This document shows, one piece after another, positions 28,522 to 39,386 of a DNA stretch of 64,000 bases. Position 1 is the first letter of the stretch. The number at the start of each line of letters is the position of its first letter. The position numbers and the translations under genes are program-made. The stretch comes from an uncultured Nitrospiraceae bacterium. Lineage in GTDB: Bacteria; Nitrospirota; Thermodesulfovibrionia; Thermodesulfovibrionales; UBA6898. Location: contig CAWEQH010000004.1 of the NCBI GenBank assembly GCA_963811165.1, forward strand, positions 672,001-736,000, given 5' to 3'. The notes under the pieces are model-generated. The model made no database searches. It was given only the letters and a program-made list of their open reading frames with translations, and was not told the origin of the DNA.

Positions 28522-29441
28522 ATCATGTCCTGTGGTTCTTACAATGTCTGCTTGTCGTAATCGCAACGCTCCCTATAGCGCTTCTGCCCCATAGGTTGTC
28601 CCTTAAGCTGGGCGAACGCCTGGGCGATCTGCTCTATCTTTGCTGGGGAAGCAGGCGGAGGATAGCGATAGAGAACCTCAAGGCTGCCGTTGCCAGGAAG
28701 GCCGTGTCGATCAGCGCCCCCCCCGAGGACGTCATTAAACAGAATTTCAGAAACCTCGGGAAGTCCTTTGCCGAGGTCGTGAAGATCTATTTCGGACTTG
28801 GTGATCAGATAATTAAAGGCGTCAAGATTAGAGGGGCGGAAAACTTCGTCAAGGCGAGCAAGCAGGGGAAAGGGACGCTCATCATTACGGGCCACTGCGG
28901 AAACTGGGAGCTAAACGCACTTGCGGCCTCCGAAAACGTGACAAAGTTACATGTAGTGGCGAGGCCTATCGACAACCCCTATCTTAACAGGCTTATAGAG
29001 AGGACCAGGAGAAAATACGGCAATAGGGTCATATATAAAAAAGGTGCGCTCAAAAAGATATTGTTCGCCCTGTCAAAAAACGAAACTGTCGTGATACTCA
29101 TGGACCAGAGTGTCGTGAGTTCCGAGGGGGTCGGCGCCGATTTTCTCGGGAAAAAAGACTATACGATGAAGACGCCGGCCGTCATCGCCATGAAGACCGG
29201 ATCGCCCGTACTGCCGGCCTTTATCAGAAGGTCGGGGGAAGGTCATATAATAGAGATCGGCGGGGAGGTGGCTCTCGAGAGGTCCGAAGGGACCGAAAAA
29301 GCGGTATATGCCAATACAGTCAAATTGTCTCAATGCATCGAGGAGTATATAAAGCAGAACCCGACGGAATGGCTTTGGATACACCGGCGCTGGAAAAGGG
29401 TAAAAGATTCCCAAGAGGGTGCGGAAAATGCGGTGCGATGA
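28518..29441 (+). CDS. Lipid A biosynthesis (LpxL/HtrB-family) acyltransferase
   Basis: GHCGNWE, ILMDQ, PTEWLWIHRRWK. Confidence 0.88.
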   Translation: MNHVLWFLQCLLVVIATLPIALLPHRLSLKLGERLGDLLYLCWGSRRRIAIENLKAAVARKAVSISAPPEDVIKQNFRNLGKSFAEVVKIYFGLGDQIIKGVKIRGAENFVKASKQGKGTLIITGHCGNWELNALAASENVTKLHVVARPIDNPYLNRLIERTRRKYGNRVIYKKGALKKILFALSKNETVVILMDQSVVSSEGVGADFLGKKDYTMKTPAVIAMKTGSPVLPAFIRRSGEGHIIEIGGEVALERSEGTEKAVYANTVKLSQCIEEYIKQNPTEWLWIHRRWKRVKDSQEGAENAVR

Positions 29442-29535
29442 AACTTGCGGCTTTGTGAATTTTCCAGACCAAGCTCTTTAACCGGCGGCACCCGGCTGTC
29501 TTTAAAAAACCATTATTAAAACATAAACAGACCCC

Positions 29536-29573
29536 AAAAAGCACCTGTCAATATTGACAGGTGCTTTTTTTTT
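29536..29573. terminator. Perfect 34-bp palindrome with A/T tails, probable bidirectional intrinsic terminator
   Basis: AAAAAGCACCTGTCAAT|ATTGACAGGTGCTTTTT followed by further Ts. Confidence 0.6.
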
Positions 29574-29648
29574 CGGGATAGGCTAATACATTATGAGCAA
29601 GAACAGGGGATGTTTTTAAAACCATATTCCAGGGGTTCGGGGGGAAAA

Positions 29649-30137
29649 ATGAAGGAGCAGGGAATTTCTTATATTGAACTGGTCGTTGTCATGTCCGTCG
29701 TCGGCATTCTCATAGTTGCTCTGGGGTTTGATTATCACGATTGGGGGAAAAAATTTGAGGCTGAAAAGATCATAAAAGAGCTCTATACGGACATGATGCA
29801 TGCGAGAATGAATGCCGTCACACGGGGTCGTGACCATTACGTCGTCCTCGGGGCGAGTGCATATTCGGTCGTGGAGGACACGAACGATAGCGGGGATTAC
29901 GACGAGGGCGACGCAGCGCTTGCATCATTCCCGAAACCTGTTTCGTATCCGATGGACTGGAATAACAAATACGCGGTAAGTAAAATTACCTTTAACAAGA
30001 GGGGGATCATCTCCGGACTGAGAACGATATGGGTCCCTTCGGCGGCCGATGCCGATTATAGTTGCGTTAAAGTGTCTATGTCGAGGGTCATCATGGGCAA
30101 GTATAGAGAAGCGGATAAGGAGTGCCAGACGAAATAA
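29649..30137 (+). CDS. Type IV pilin-like protein (FimT/GspH type)
   Basis: Class III signal MKEQG|ISYIELVVV, AR..AV motif, C-terminal Cys pair. Confidence 0.8.
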   Translation: MKEQGISYIELVVVMSVVGILIVALGFDYHDWGKKFEAEKIIKELYTDMMHARMNAVTRGRDHYVVLGASAYSVVEDTNDSGDYDEGDAALASFPKPVSYPMDWNNKYAVSKITFNKRGIISGLRTIWVPSAADADYSCVKVSMSRVIMGKYREADKECQTK

Positions 30138-30666
30138 AGGGGCAGTGATACTGAAGCGGCTGCTACACGCTGGCGCAGGGGGCTTTTTCTTGTAGCCGCG
30201 AGGAGATTACCCCGCGATGAACACCTGTTACTCGATAAATATTACGAAGTCATAACTGTTGAAGACTTTGTCCCGAAATACGCGTTCACTCTTTACCCCG
30301 GAGGGATACTCTTTCCCGGGTCTTGCATGAGATGGAAGATCGGCCCGTGTTAGTTTCTTTCTGCAATCAACGAACAAAACTACGATCGAGCTGAGAGAAT
30401 AATTTCGTCCCGGAGCATGCACTGTCGCATAACCGTCAGGAGAATGTGCTGCGGTCTCGCCTGCACCGACAAAGTCTCACTGTGGACATTCCGCTACAGT
30501 AATAATTTCCGTTTCTAACCCTCGCACCAAGGCCACTATTCAATCTGTGGTGACATGTCGAAGTCAACATTGATGACACAGAAGGTGGTAATATTGATTG
30601 TTTCCCTAATATTTTACTTTCCAAAACTATCAAAATCTTGTAAATTTACAATATTAATCAATCTTT

Positions 30667-33600
30667 ATGAAACCTAAAGCAATGATCAAGAACAAAGACA
30701 AGATTGAGACTGATCTGGAACTTTTCAGGGATCTGATTAATAAATCGAACGATGCCATCTTCGTCAATGATCCACAGACCAGTCTCTTTATCTTTGTGAA
30801 TGACAAGGCGTGCGCCACCTTGGGTTATGATCGCCAGGAACTCCTGAAGATGGGCGTTATGGATATAGAAGTAACCTTCCCCGACAATTTTTTATGGCAA
30901 GCACATGTTAATGAATTGCAGCGGAGGGGTTCCCATATAATGGAAGGTATCCATAAGCGAAAGAATGGCACCACATTCCCGGTTGAAATAAACGTCAGCT
31001 ATGTGGTGCTGAACACAAGGAAGTATATGTTAGCAGTAGTACGTGACATTAGCGAGCGGAAGCGGGCGGAGAAGGAGATCGCCGAGCACGGCGCCCTAGT
31101 GCAGCAGATCATGGATACCGCGAGCGTGGGGATCGGCTTAGTGGACAAAAGTGGTCGAATCACCCACGCCAACAGGAGCATGGCCGAGATGTTCGGCTGC
31201 ATGATGGAGGAACTTATCGGGAGTGAATATGCAGATCATGTTCACCCCTCTGAGCGGGAGACCAGCAGGCGGAACATGCTTGCCTTGCTGGCAAGTGCGA
31301 TACCTTCCGTGAACCTCGCGCGCCGCTACATGCGGAAAGACGGTACAGAGTTCTGGGGCCACCTCGAATGCAGGCGCTTCCATGACGCTCAGGGCAACGA
31401 ACGTGGTCTGATCGGCGTGATCACGGATATCACCGAGCGCAAGCGAGCCGAGGAGGCGCTGACCACCAGCGAAAAGCGATACAGACACCTCTTCGAGGAC
31501 TCGCCTGTTTCCCTGTGGGAGGAGGATATATCCGAGCTTCAGGCACATATTGCGGTGCTTCGATCTGCTGGTATTACGGATTTAGGTGCGCACTTTACGA
31601 ACCATCCCGAGGAGGTGTTCAAGTGCGTTGGGTTAGTAAAGGTCATTTCCGTCAACAAGACGACGCTGGATCTGTATGAGGCGCCTGACCAGGCCACTCT
31701 CCTGCACGGTCTGTCACAAGTATTCACTGCGCGCTCCTTTGATGCGTTTCGGGGGATCCTGATCTCTCTTTCCACGGGGGCGCAGATGTATGAGTGCGAA
31801 ACGGTCAATCAAACCCTCACTGGAAGAACGATCGATGTACTCTTGAGGTGGACCCTGATCTCTAACGACCAGCCAAACCGGTCTCGCGCCTTGATCTCCA
31901 TTGTGGACATTACCGAGCGCAAGCAGGCCGGGGAGGTGAAAGATAGTCTAGTTAAGGCGATCTCTGCAGCTACTGAGGGTATTGCCATTACAGATGACAA
32001 AGATAGGTTTATCTATGTAAATGACGCCCATGCCAGGATTTATGGGTATATTCGTGATGAGCTTATCGGAAAGACATGGCGCGATACCGTTTCTCCGGAT
32101 TTGGAACTTATAATTGAAAGAGATTTTGAGAAGACGCTGCATAACAGAGCTGTGGGAATTTGGTCCGGTCAGGCTTTTGCCATAAGAAAAGACGGCACTG
32201 TGGTGCCCACTGAGATCACCGCCACTTCCCGTTGGGGTGAGACCGGTAACTATCTCGGACATATATGTATTGTTAGGGACATCACGGAGCGCAAGCGGGC
32301 GGAGGAGAATTACCGATTGCTCTTTGAATCTGCTAATGACGGGATCTTCATCCAGGATGAGACCGGCTTTACGGACTGCAACCAGAAAGGCGCCGAAATG
32401 TACGGACTCACGAAGGAGGAGATTATCGGTCGCTCGCCCAGCGAGTTCGCTCCAAAGCAGCAGCCCGACGGACGGCTTTCCTCCGAAGTGGCCGCCGAGA
32501 AAATCCGGGCCGCGTTGAACGGCGTCCCCCAGGTCTTTGAGTGGCAACCGTTACGTGCCGACGGAACCCCCTTTGACGTAGAGATTACGCTAACCAGGCT
32601 CGAACTGGGCAGCAGGATATGCTCGCAGGCGATTGTTCGTGACATCACCGAGCGCAAGCGAACTGAAGAGGAGCGGGAAAAGTTACAGGCCCAGCTGTAC
32701 CAGTCCCAGAAGATAGAGTCAGTGGGGCGGCTGGCTGGCGGCGTGGCCCACGATTTCAACAACATGCTTTCGGCAATACTTGGCTATACCGAAATGGCTA
32801 TGATGGAAGGCACCCCACCTGAGACGATCCATGCCTACCTGAAGGTGATCGAGCAGTCTGCGCTCCGTTCCGCCGACCTTGTCCGGCAACTCCTGGCCTT
32901 TGCTCGCAAGCAAATCGTGGCGCCCAAGGTTTTGGTCTTGAACGACACCGTGGCAGGCCTGCTCAAGATGCTCCAGCGGTTGATGGGCGAGGACATTGAT
33001 TTTACCTGGATGCCGGGTGTGGGCCTGTGGCCGGTAAGGATCGACCCCTCCCAGATCGATCAGCTTCTCGCAAATCTCTGCATCAACGCTCGGGACGCCA
33101 TCACCGGGGTGGGTAAGATCACCATAGAGACCAGGAACGCGGCCTTCGGTGAGACCTATTGTGCCGTTAATCCGGGTTTTGTGCCTGGAGAATATGTGAT
33201 GCTGGCCGTCAGAGACAACGGCTGCGGCATGAGCAAAGAAGTTTTTGATCACCTCTTCGAGCCGTTCTTCACCACAAAGGAGGCGGGAAAGGGTACTGGA
33301 CTGGGTTTGGCCACCGTATACGGGATCGTCAAGCAAAACAATGGAATTATTAACGTCTCTAGCGAACCCGGCAAGGGCTCGACTATCAAGATCTTCCTGC
33401 CCCGGTTTGCAGGGGAAGCCATCGAGCCAGCAACCGTAAGCAGGACGGAAACGCCCAAAGGCCATGGTGAGACGGTACTGTTAGTGGAGGATGAGGCGTC
33501 GATCCTGAACATGGGTCAGGATATGCTAGAAGCGCTGGGCTACAGGGTATTGACCGCTGGCACTCCGACAGAGGCAATCTCCCAGGTCAAGACCCATACC

Positions 33601-33834
33601 GGCGAGATAGATCTACTCGTCACCGACATGGTCATGCCGGAAATGAATGGCTGGGACCTTGCGAAATTGCTCTGCGAGATCAATCCGGGCTTGAAGTGCC
33701 TGTTTTCATCCGCTTACACTGTCGATGTCATCGCTCACCAGGGTGTGTTGGACAAAGGTGTACACTTCCTTCAAAAACCCTTCTCCAGGAAGGATCTGGC
33801 GACCAAGGTGCGCGAGGTATTAGAAGGAGAATAG
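30667..33834 (+). CDS. Multi-PAS hybrid sensor histidine kinase with receiver domain
   Basis: Five PAS/PAC units ending DI(S/T)ERK, H-box GVAHDFNN, NARDA, DNGCGM, FEPFFTTK..GKGTGLGL, C-terminal REC (VEDE...TDMVMP). Confidence 0.93.
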   Translation: MKPKAMIKNKDKIETDLELFRDLINKSNDAIFVNDPQTSLFIFVNDKACATLGYDRQELLKMGVMDIEVTFPDNFLWQAHVNELQRRGSHIMEGIHKRKNGTTFPVEINVSYVVLNTRKYMLAVVRDISERKRAEKEIAEHGALVQQIMDTASVGIGLVDKSGRITHANRSMAEMFGCMMEELIGSEYADHVHPSERETSRRNMLALLASAIPSVNLARRYMRKDGTEFWGHLECRRFHDAQGNERGLIGVITDITERKRAEEALTTSEKRYRHLFEDSPVSLWEEDISELQAHIAVLRSAGITDLGAHFTNHPEEVFKCVGLVKVISVNKTTLDLYEAPDQATLLHGLSQVFTARSFDAFRGILISLSTGAQMYECETVNQTLTGRTIDVLLRWTLISNDQPNRSRALISIVDITERKQAGEVKDSLVKAISAATEGIAITDDKDRFIYVNDAHARIYGYIRDELIGKTWRDTVSPDLELIIERDFEKTLHNRAVGIWSGQAFAIRKDGTVVPTEITATSRWGETGNYLGHICIVRDITERKRAEENYRLLFESANDGIFIQDETGFTDCNQKGAEMYGLTKEEIIGRSPSEFAPKQQPDGRLSSEVAAEKIRAALNGVPQVFEWQPLRADGTPFDVEITLTRLELGSRICSQAIVRDITERKRTEEEREKLQAQLYQSQKIESVGRLAGGVAHDFNNMLSAILGYTEMAMMEGTPPETIHAYLKVIEQSALRSADLVRQLLAFARKQIVAPKVLVLNDTVAGLLKMLQRLMGEDIDFTWMPGVGLWPVRIDPSQIDQLLANLCINARDAITGVGKITIETRNAAFGETYCAVNPGFVPGEYVMLAVRDNGCGMSKEVFDHLFEPFFTTKEAGKGTGLGLATVYGIVKQNNGIINVSSEPGKGSTIKIFLPRFAGEAIEPATVSRTETPKGHGETVLLVEDEASILNMGQDMLEALGYRVLTAGTPTEAISQVKTHTGEIDLLVTDMVMPEMNGWDLAKLLCEINPGLKCLFSSAYTVDVIAHQGVLDKGVHFLQKPFSRKDLATKVREVLEGE

Positions 33835-33937
33835 GCTCACAGCGCCAACTTAGAATGAGCAAGTATCGCAGCGACTCAGACAATTTCCCTCGCTGGTACT
33901 CCAAGGTCAGTTGGTTATATCAGATTAACAATTACTA

Positions 33938-35215
33938 TGAGGTAAGATGGAAATGGTGGACACCAAAGTCAGGTAAAATAAGAAACGGAGGTGTCAGGAT
34001 GGAAAGGATTCCAAGAGGGAAGTACACGAAGGAGTTCCGAGAGGAAGCAGTGAAACTGGTAACAGAAGGAGAGTCTGTCATTACCGGAGGCAGGACGCCG
34101 GTTATCTTGCCGCCATCGACATTAGGCAACTGGGTCAAAGGCATACAAAGCCGGCAAGCTGGGAGAGATAGGCAAGAGATATCGGCCACTGACCGAAGTT
34201 GAGATGGAATTGGCCCGGGTCAAAGAGAGAACTGGCAGAAGTCAAGATGGAGCGGGACATCTTAAAAAAAGCAGCCGCGTACTTTGCCAGGGAGTCGCTG
34301 CCCGGTACGCGATGATGAAAGAACTGCGGCTCAAATATCCCAGTACCGCTTATGAGCCGGGTGCTGAATGTATCGGCCAGCGGCTATTATGCCTGGCTGG
34401 ACAGGCCGCTTATCGAAGCGGGCCCGGGAGGAAATGCGGCTGGAGGTAGAGATCAAGGCGGCCGATAAGCGGACCCGGCAGACCTATGGTCCTGAGCGGT
34501 TACAGTAGCGATCTGGCGGAGCATGGCGTCAGGTGGGCGTTTGCCGGATCAAAGCGGATCCGGAAGAAGCTGGGAATACGCTGTAAACAGAAGAGGAAAT
34601 TCAAGGCCACCACTAACTCAAAGCACACACCTGCCGGTAGCCGAGAATTTGCTGAATCAGCAGTTCGAGGTAGCTGCACCGAATAAAGTCTGGGTGAGTG
34701 ATATCACCTATATCCCCACGGATGAAGGCTGGCTGTACCTGGCTGGGCATAAGGACCTTTTTACCGGTGAGATCGTGGGTTATGCGATGGGAGAGCGGAT
34801 GACGAAGAATCTGGTCAGCCAGTCTTTGTTCCGGGCAGTGGCAGCCAAACGTCCAGCGAAAGGGCTTGATTCATCACTCTGACCGGGGCAGTCAGTATTG
34901 CTCCCATGAATACAGAGACATTCTTGACCAATTCGGCATGACAGGCATCGATGAGCGGGAAAGGGAACTGTTATGATAATGCCCCGATGGAGAGCTTCTG
35001 GGGAACGCTGAAACAGGAGCTTGTCCATCACCGTCATTACAGAACCAGGCAGGAGGCAATTCAGGACATTACGGAATATATCGAGATCTTCTATAACCGG
35101 CAGCGCCGACAGGCAAGACTTGGGTTTCTGTCCCCGGCGGCATATGAACAGAAATTCTATGCCGGACAACTGGCAGCATGAAAGGTTTGGTGTCCACTAT
35201 TGACATCCGACCTCA
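33938..35215 (+). mobile_element. IS3-family insertion sequence with degenerate, multiply frameshifted transposase
   Basis: TIRs TGAGGT..ATG..AAT.GTGGACACCAAA / TTTGGTGTCCACTATTGACATCCGACCTCA and 3-bp CTA flanking duplication. OrfA (KYTKEFREEAV) and OrfB (WVSDITY, GNCYDNAPMESF) pieces lie in several frames. Confidence 0.9.
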
Positions 35216-35467
35216 CTACACGTACTCTTTATCACCTGCTGCCGAACTGATCGTTAATTCCCAAAAGAAACCTTGCGTCCTCGTGAAAATCCTACGGTGT
35301 TAGGTATAGGAATGCATTGAGAGGACCGAGAGTCCTTCAAATCAGTAACCTAACTGATAGGTTTTGCCCCGAATTGTGCCAGAAAGAGGATGTGCTTAAA
35401 GATCGGGCAACTTTTTTTGTTGCTTCCTGTACTCGAAACTGTCAATTTTTTGTCAGTGGTGAGGTAT

Positions 35468-36680
35468 GGACCTGCCCCCCGAAAAATGTGCCACACGTAA
35501 TTAGAGTGTAGGCATAATATAAACACTCTAAGCAGGGAGGCAAGGATGAAAAAGGTCAGATATTCGGAGGAACAGATTATCAGCATAATCAAGGAAGCAG
35601 AGGCAGGGATCTCAGTAACGGAACTTTGTCGGAAGTATGGGGTCAGCGATCAGACCTATTACAACTGGAAGGCAAAATACGGAGGGATGACCGTAAGCGA
35701 TGCAAGGAAGCTGAAGCAGCTGGAAGATGAGAACCGGCGTCTGAAGCATCTTGTGGCTGATCTGACCCTTGATAATCAGGCTTTAAAGGCGGTCATCTCA
35801 AAAAACTTCTAAGGCCCAAGGCACGCAGGGAAGCAGTGGCATTTGTTATAGGCAGCTTTGGGCTGAGTCAGAGGCGGGCAAGTCGCCTTATAGGACTGTG
35901 CAGGAACACCCTGCGATATGAACCGAGACCGGACGCCGACGAGGCTCTTCGGAAGCGGATGAAGGAGATAGCCGAGCAGAGGAAGCGATTTGGATGCCGG
36001 AGACTGCATGTAATGTTAAAGAGAGAGGGACTGGTGGTCAATCATAAGCGGACAGAACGGCTCTACCGTGAGGAGCGGCTGTTATTAAGGGTTCGAAGGA
36101 GAAAGAAACTGGCATCACAGCGAAGAGTTGAAATCTCAGCGGCGAGCAAAGCAAACGAGCTCTGGGCGATGGATTTTCTCCATGACGCAATGTATAACGG
36201 AAGGAAGCTGAGGTTCTTGCCGATAATCGACACGTATACAAAGGAATGTTTCAGGATCGAGGTGGACACATCGATTGGAGGCAAGCGGGTTTGTACAGTC
36301 TTAAGCCAGATAGCAGCGTTTCGTGGGCTGCCTGACCGAATTGTCGTTGACAACGGCCCCGAGTTTATAAGCAACGCCTTGGATGCATGGGCGTATGAGC
36401 GCGGTGTGAAGCTTCACTTCATTCGGCCTGGGAAGCCTGTTGATAATGCCTATATGGAGAGTTTCAACGGCAAGTTCAGGGATGAATGTCTGAATCTGCA
36501 CTGGTTCATGAGCGTAGGGCATGCCCGTGGGATCGCAGAAGACCACCGGCTCGATTACAACAATGAGCGGCCTCATAGTTCATTGGGCGATCTGACACCA
36601 GCTGAGTTTATCAGGCTTGAAGAGGAAAGAGCAGTTGGGATACTCTAATTATGAATGGCACAAAGGATGGGGGTAGGTCC
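35468..36680 (+). mobile_element. IS3-family (IS407 group) insertion sequence, apparently intact
   Basis: TIRs GGACCTGCCCCC...GTGCCA / TGGCAC...GGGGGTAGGTCC, 4-bp GTAT duplication, orfA/orfB. Confidence 0.92.
35546..36648 (+). CDS. IS407-group transposase OrfAB (OrfA 35546-35812, OrfB by -1 frameshift at AAAAAAC near 35800)
   Basis: OrfA HTH (RYSEEQI...YYNWKAKYGG). OrfB DDE (WAMDF, DNGPEF, MESFNGKFRDE). Confidence 0.9.
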
Positions 36681-36830
36681 GTATTCCAGCGGAAACAAAC
36701 GGATGATCAATGATGCCGCACTGCGGCTTTCGTGCGGTACTTGATAACGAGATGCGTTAGATGCTAAACCGAAACCTCCCCAACCTAAAAGACTGAGGGG
36801 CTTCATGCCAATCAATTTTTGACGCAGGTG

Positions 36831-37730
36831 TTATATGCCCTTTATATGAAGCGGGATTGGTGCAAATGAGACGATTAAAATTATCAGAGCAATCAGAATG
36901 AGAAGTGGCTGTGTCTTCTGAATTTCATCAACATAATTGTCTGTTGGATATTGGTCTCTGAAATTTATCATACAAATTGCCCCAAATATTGCCATTGCAA
37001 TCCATCCGCTCCAAATAAAGCCAAGGATGACCAAAATAATTATCGAACACCAACTGATCCATTTAGTTTTTTTAAACCCAAATAAGGCATATAAAATGCG
37101 ACCGTCGTCTAGCTTGCCAATAGGCAAGAGATGCCACCAGTTATAATACAGGCCCATCCAGCCAGCGTATGCCAACGGATGGAGCATGACATCCTTGTTC
37201 TCCGGAACACTACCAAAGATCAATCGTTCGGTCAGATATGTAATCAGGGAGTCACCCAATGTTAATGAATATTGGGATGTTTGTACATCCATGATGCTAG
37301 ACATGTTTAGGCCAATTATAAACAGCAGCCAAGACGCACAGAAACCAGCAATCGGACCAATTGTGAATATATGAATCAAAGAATTTCGATTCTCAATGGG
37401 CCACTTCATTTTTGTGTAGGCACCAGCAGTTCCAGCTACGCCCAGTTTTGGAACGAAATATGGCAGATATGCGCCGACGCCATGAGCGCGTGCAGTCAGG
37501 TAATGTCCGAATGCGTGCGAGCCCATAATAAATATCGTGGCTAAAGCATAGGGCAGTCCTTTAACAAGACTGGATGCCGACCAATATTCTTCATCAGACA
37601 TGAGGCTACCAGCAAAGAGTGTGGTCGCAAACGTCAAGAAGAATAGAAAAGACGGTGCGATCCAGTTAAAAAAGGCATGTCGACGCGCTGTCTTGAGCGA
37701 CGATTTAGCCAGAATTTCTTGAATTTCCAT
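36831..37730 (-). CDS. Site-2 protease (M50) family membrane protein with altered catalytic motifs, probable cassette gene
   Basis: M50 layout: HAFGH (for HExGH), GP.AG, LHPLAYAGW.G, HLLPIGKLDDG (for NLLP...LDGG). AT-rich. Confidence 0.75.
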   Translation of the reverse strand: MEIQEILAKSSLKTARRHAFFNWIAPSFLFFLTFATTLFAGSLMSDEEYWSASSLVKGLPYALATIFIMGSHAFGHYLTARAHGVGAYLPYFVPKLGVAGTAGAYTKMKWPIENRNSLIHIFTIGPIAGFCASWLLFIIGLNMSSIMDVQTSQYSLTLGDSLITYLTERLIFGSVPENKDVMLHPLAYAGWMGLYYNWWHLLPIGKLDDGRILYALFGFKKTKWISWCSIIILVILGFIWSGWIAMAIFGAICMINFRDQYPTDNYVDEIQKTQPLLILIALIILIVSFAPIPLHIKGI

Positions 37731-37829
37731 CGGCGTTAATTATATATTCCTTATTCGGCATCGATCTTGACGCAATTGTTAAAAGCAGATTCTTTTTTGT
37801 CATGTCTCATTTCTAGAGGTCTCTTTAAT

Positions 37830-38042
37830 TTATTCATTGTTTTTATCTGATTCTTTGCCTTCCCATTCGGGTAATATTTCTTTATCTTTGTCCTTCCATT
37901 TTGCACTTAACAAGAGAATCGCGCTAAAGAGCATAGATCCTATGAAAAAATTGATGACATCACGTGCGGGAATTATTAAATAGACAATCGGATATACAAT
38001 CAGGGCTAAAGCAATACGCTGCCAGACTTTCAGGTTCTTCAT
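37830..38042 (-). CDS. Small two-TM hypothetical protein, probable cassette gene
   Basis: 70-aa ORF with two hydrophobic stretches, starting directly after a degenerate attC. Confidence 0.55.
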   Translation of the reverse strand: MKNLKVWQRIALALIVYPIVYLIIPARDVINFFIGSMLFSAILLLSAKWKDKDKEILPEWEGKESDKNNE

Positions 38043-38102
38043 ACTAATGGACGACCTTACCTGCCGACCTTATCACCGGTCGGCTGGAAAGTTTTGTTGG
38101 CA
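38042..38102 (-). mobile_element. Degenerate attC-like site
   Basis: Minus strand: TGCCAAC-aaaactttcca-GCCGACC-ggtgataa-GGTCGGC-aggtaaggtcgtcc-ATTAGTA. The inverse core matches the cassette's core GTTGTCA (39946-39952) at 6 of 7 positions. Confidence 0.55.
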
Positions 38103-38136
38103 GTTCTTTTTTTTGTCTTTTCATAAAATTACAGTT

Positions 38137-39386
38137 TGAGCTTTCCCCGATAATGTGGACACTTGGTTAAGTTTCATCAAGGAGCCGTTCAAATTGCTCT
38201 GGGCTCCTGTACCCTAATGCCGAGTGTCTCCTCTGACGATTATAAAACACTTCTACGTACTCAAAGATACTAAGCCTTGCCTCAAGCCGTGAACGGTACT
38301 TCTCACCGTGGACCAATTCCGTCTTGAGCGTTCCGAAAAATGACTCCGCATAGGCATTGTCATAGCAATTGCCACTTCTGCTCATACTCGGAGTAATGCC
38401 GTATTCTCTGAGAAGCTCCTGATATGCATAACTCGCGTACTGCCTGCCTCGATCGGAGTGGTGGATCAACCCCTCAGGAGGGCTCTGCCTGCTGGCTGCC
38501 GCTTTTAGCGCATCAGAGGCGAGTTCCTGAGAAAGTTTATCGCTCATGGACAACCCTATAACTCTTCTGCTTTTCACATTTATCACAGCTGCCACATACA
38601 ACCACCCCTCGGAAGTAGGAACAAACGTAATATCTGATGCCCATACCCCATCGGTCTGTCTCTTGCCAATCAGCAGGTTTGCCGCCAGAGCATAATCATG
38701 CCGTGAATCGGTAGTCCGCCTAAACCTCCTCCTCTTCACTTCCCCGCATATGGCATGATCCTTCATGATCCTGGCTACCCGGTTCTTCCCGCATTTGACA
38801 CCCTCATCATTGAGTTCAGCCGTGATCCTTAGGCTCCCGTACAGCTTCCTGCTTCTTCTGTGGATCTCCTGTATGTGTCCCAGCAACTCCTGGTTGTCCT
38901 TTTGCCTCCTGCTAAGCGGACGGCTGCGCCACGCATAATACCCACTCCTGGATACCTTTAACACCCTGCACATGCTTCCCACCCTGTACTTCTCCCGATG
39001 CTCTTCCATCAACCCGTACTTCATCTGCTGCGTTTGGAGAATACGGCCAAGGCTTTTTTTAAAATGTCCCTCTCTTCCCTCACCCTTTCCAATTCCTTCC
39101 GAAGCTGCTTTATCTCCGCTCCCTCCGGACTTGAATGGCCTTTCCCCACAAATGCCTTCTCCCCGTCTTTCAGCAACCTCCTTCTCCATAAATGAAGTAA
39201 GTTGGGATGAATATCAAGGTCCCGAGCTACCTTCCCTACCGGCATACCCTTCTCCGTCACAAGGTGAACAGCATTCCTCTTGAACTCTCTCGTGAAATGA
39301 CGACGCCTATCCTCTTTCCCCATACACACACCTCCTTTTCCATCTTACAAATCTTTAGGTGTGTCCATCAATTCGGGGAAGGCTCA
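38137..39386 (-). mobile_element. IS3-family insertion sequence, apparently intact
   Basis: TIRs TGAGC(C/T)TTCCCCGA...TGGACAC at both ends, 3-bp GTT duplication (38134-36 and 39387-89). Confidence 0.92.
38167..39323 (-). CDS. IS3 transposase OrfA (39021-39323) and OrfB (38167-39024)
   Basis: OrfA RRHFTREFKRNAV...ERDILKKA with an A7G slippery site. OrfB WASDIT, HHSDRG, NAYAESFF. Confidence 0.9.

Noticed and set aside
30140..30660. Short minus-strand ORFs 30228..30422 and 30436..30633
   Set aside because: No RBS or motif support. They may be gene debris but cannot be assigned.
31040..32670. Recurring GACATCACCGAGCGCAAGCG-like sequences as a CRISPR or repeat array
   Set aside because: These are the DITERK ends of PAS domains inside one CDS, with irregular long spacing.
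36690..36840. Possible long attC after the M50 gene
   Set aside because: ATATAAC at the stop and some internal symmetry are present, but I could not find a convincing GTTRRRY end or paired L boxes.
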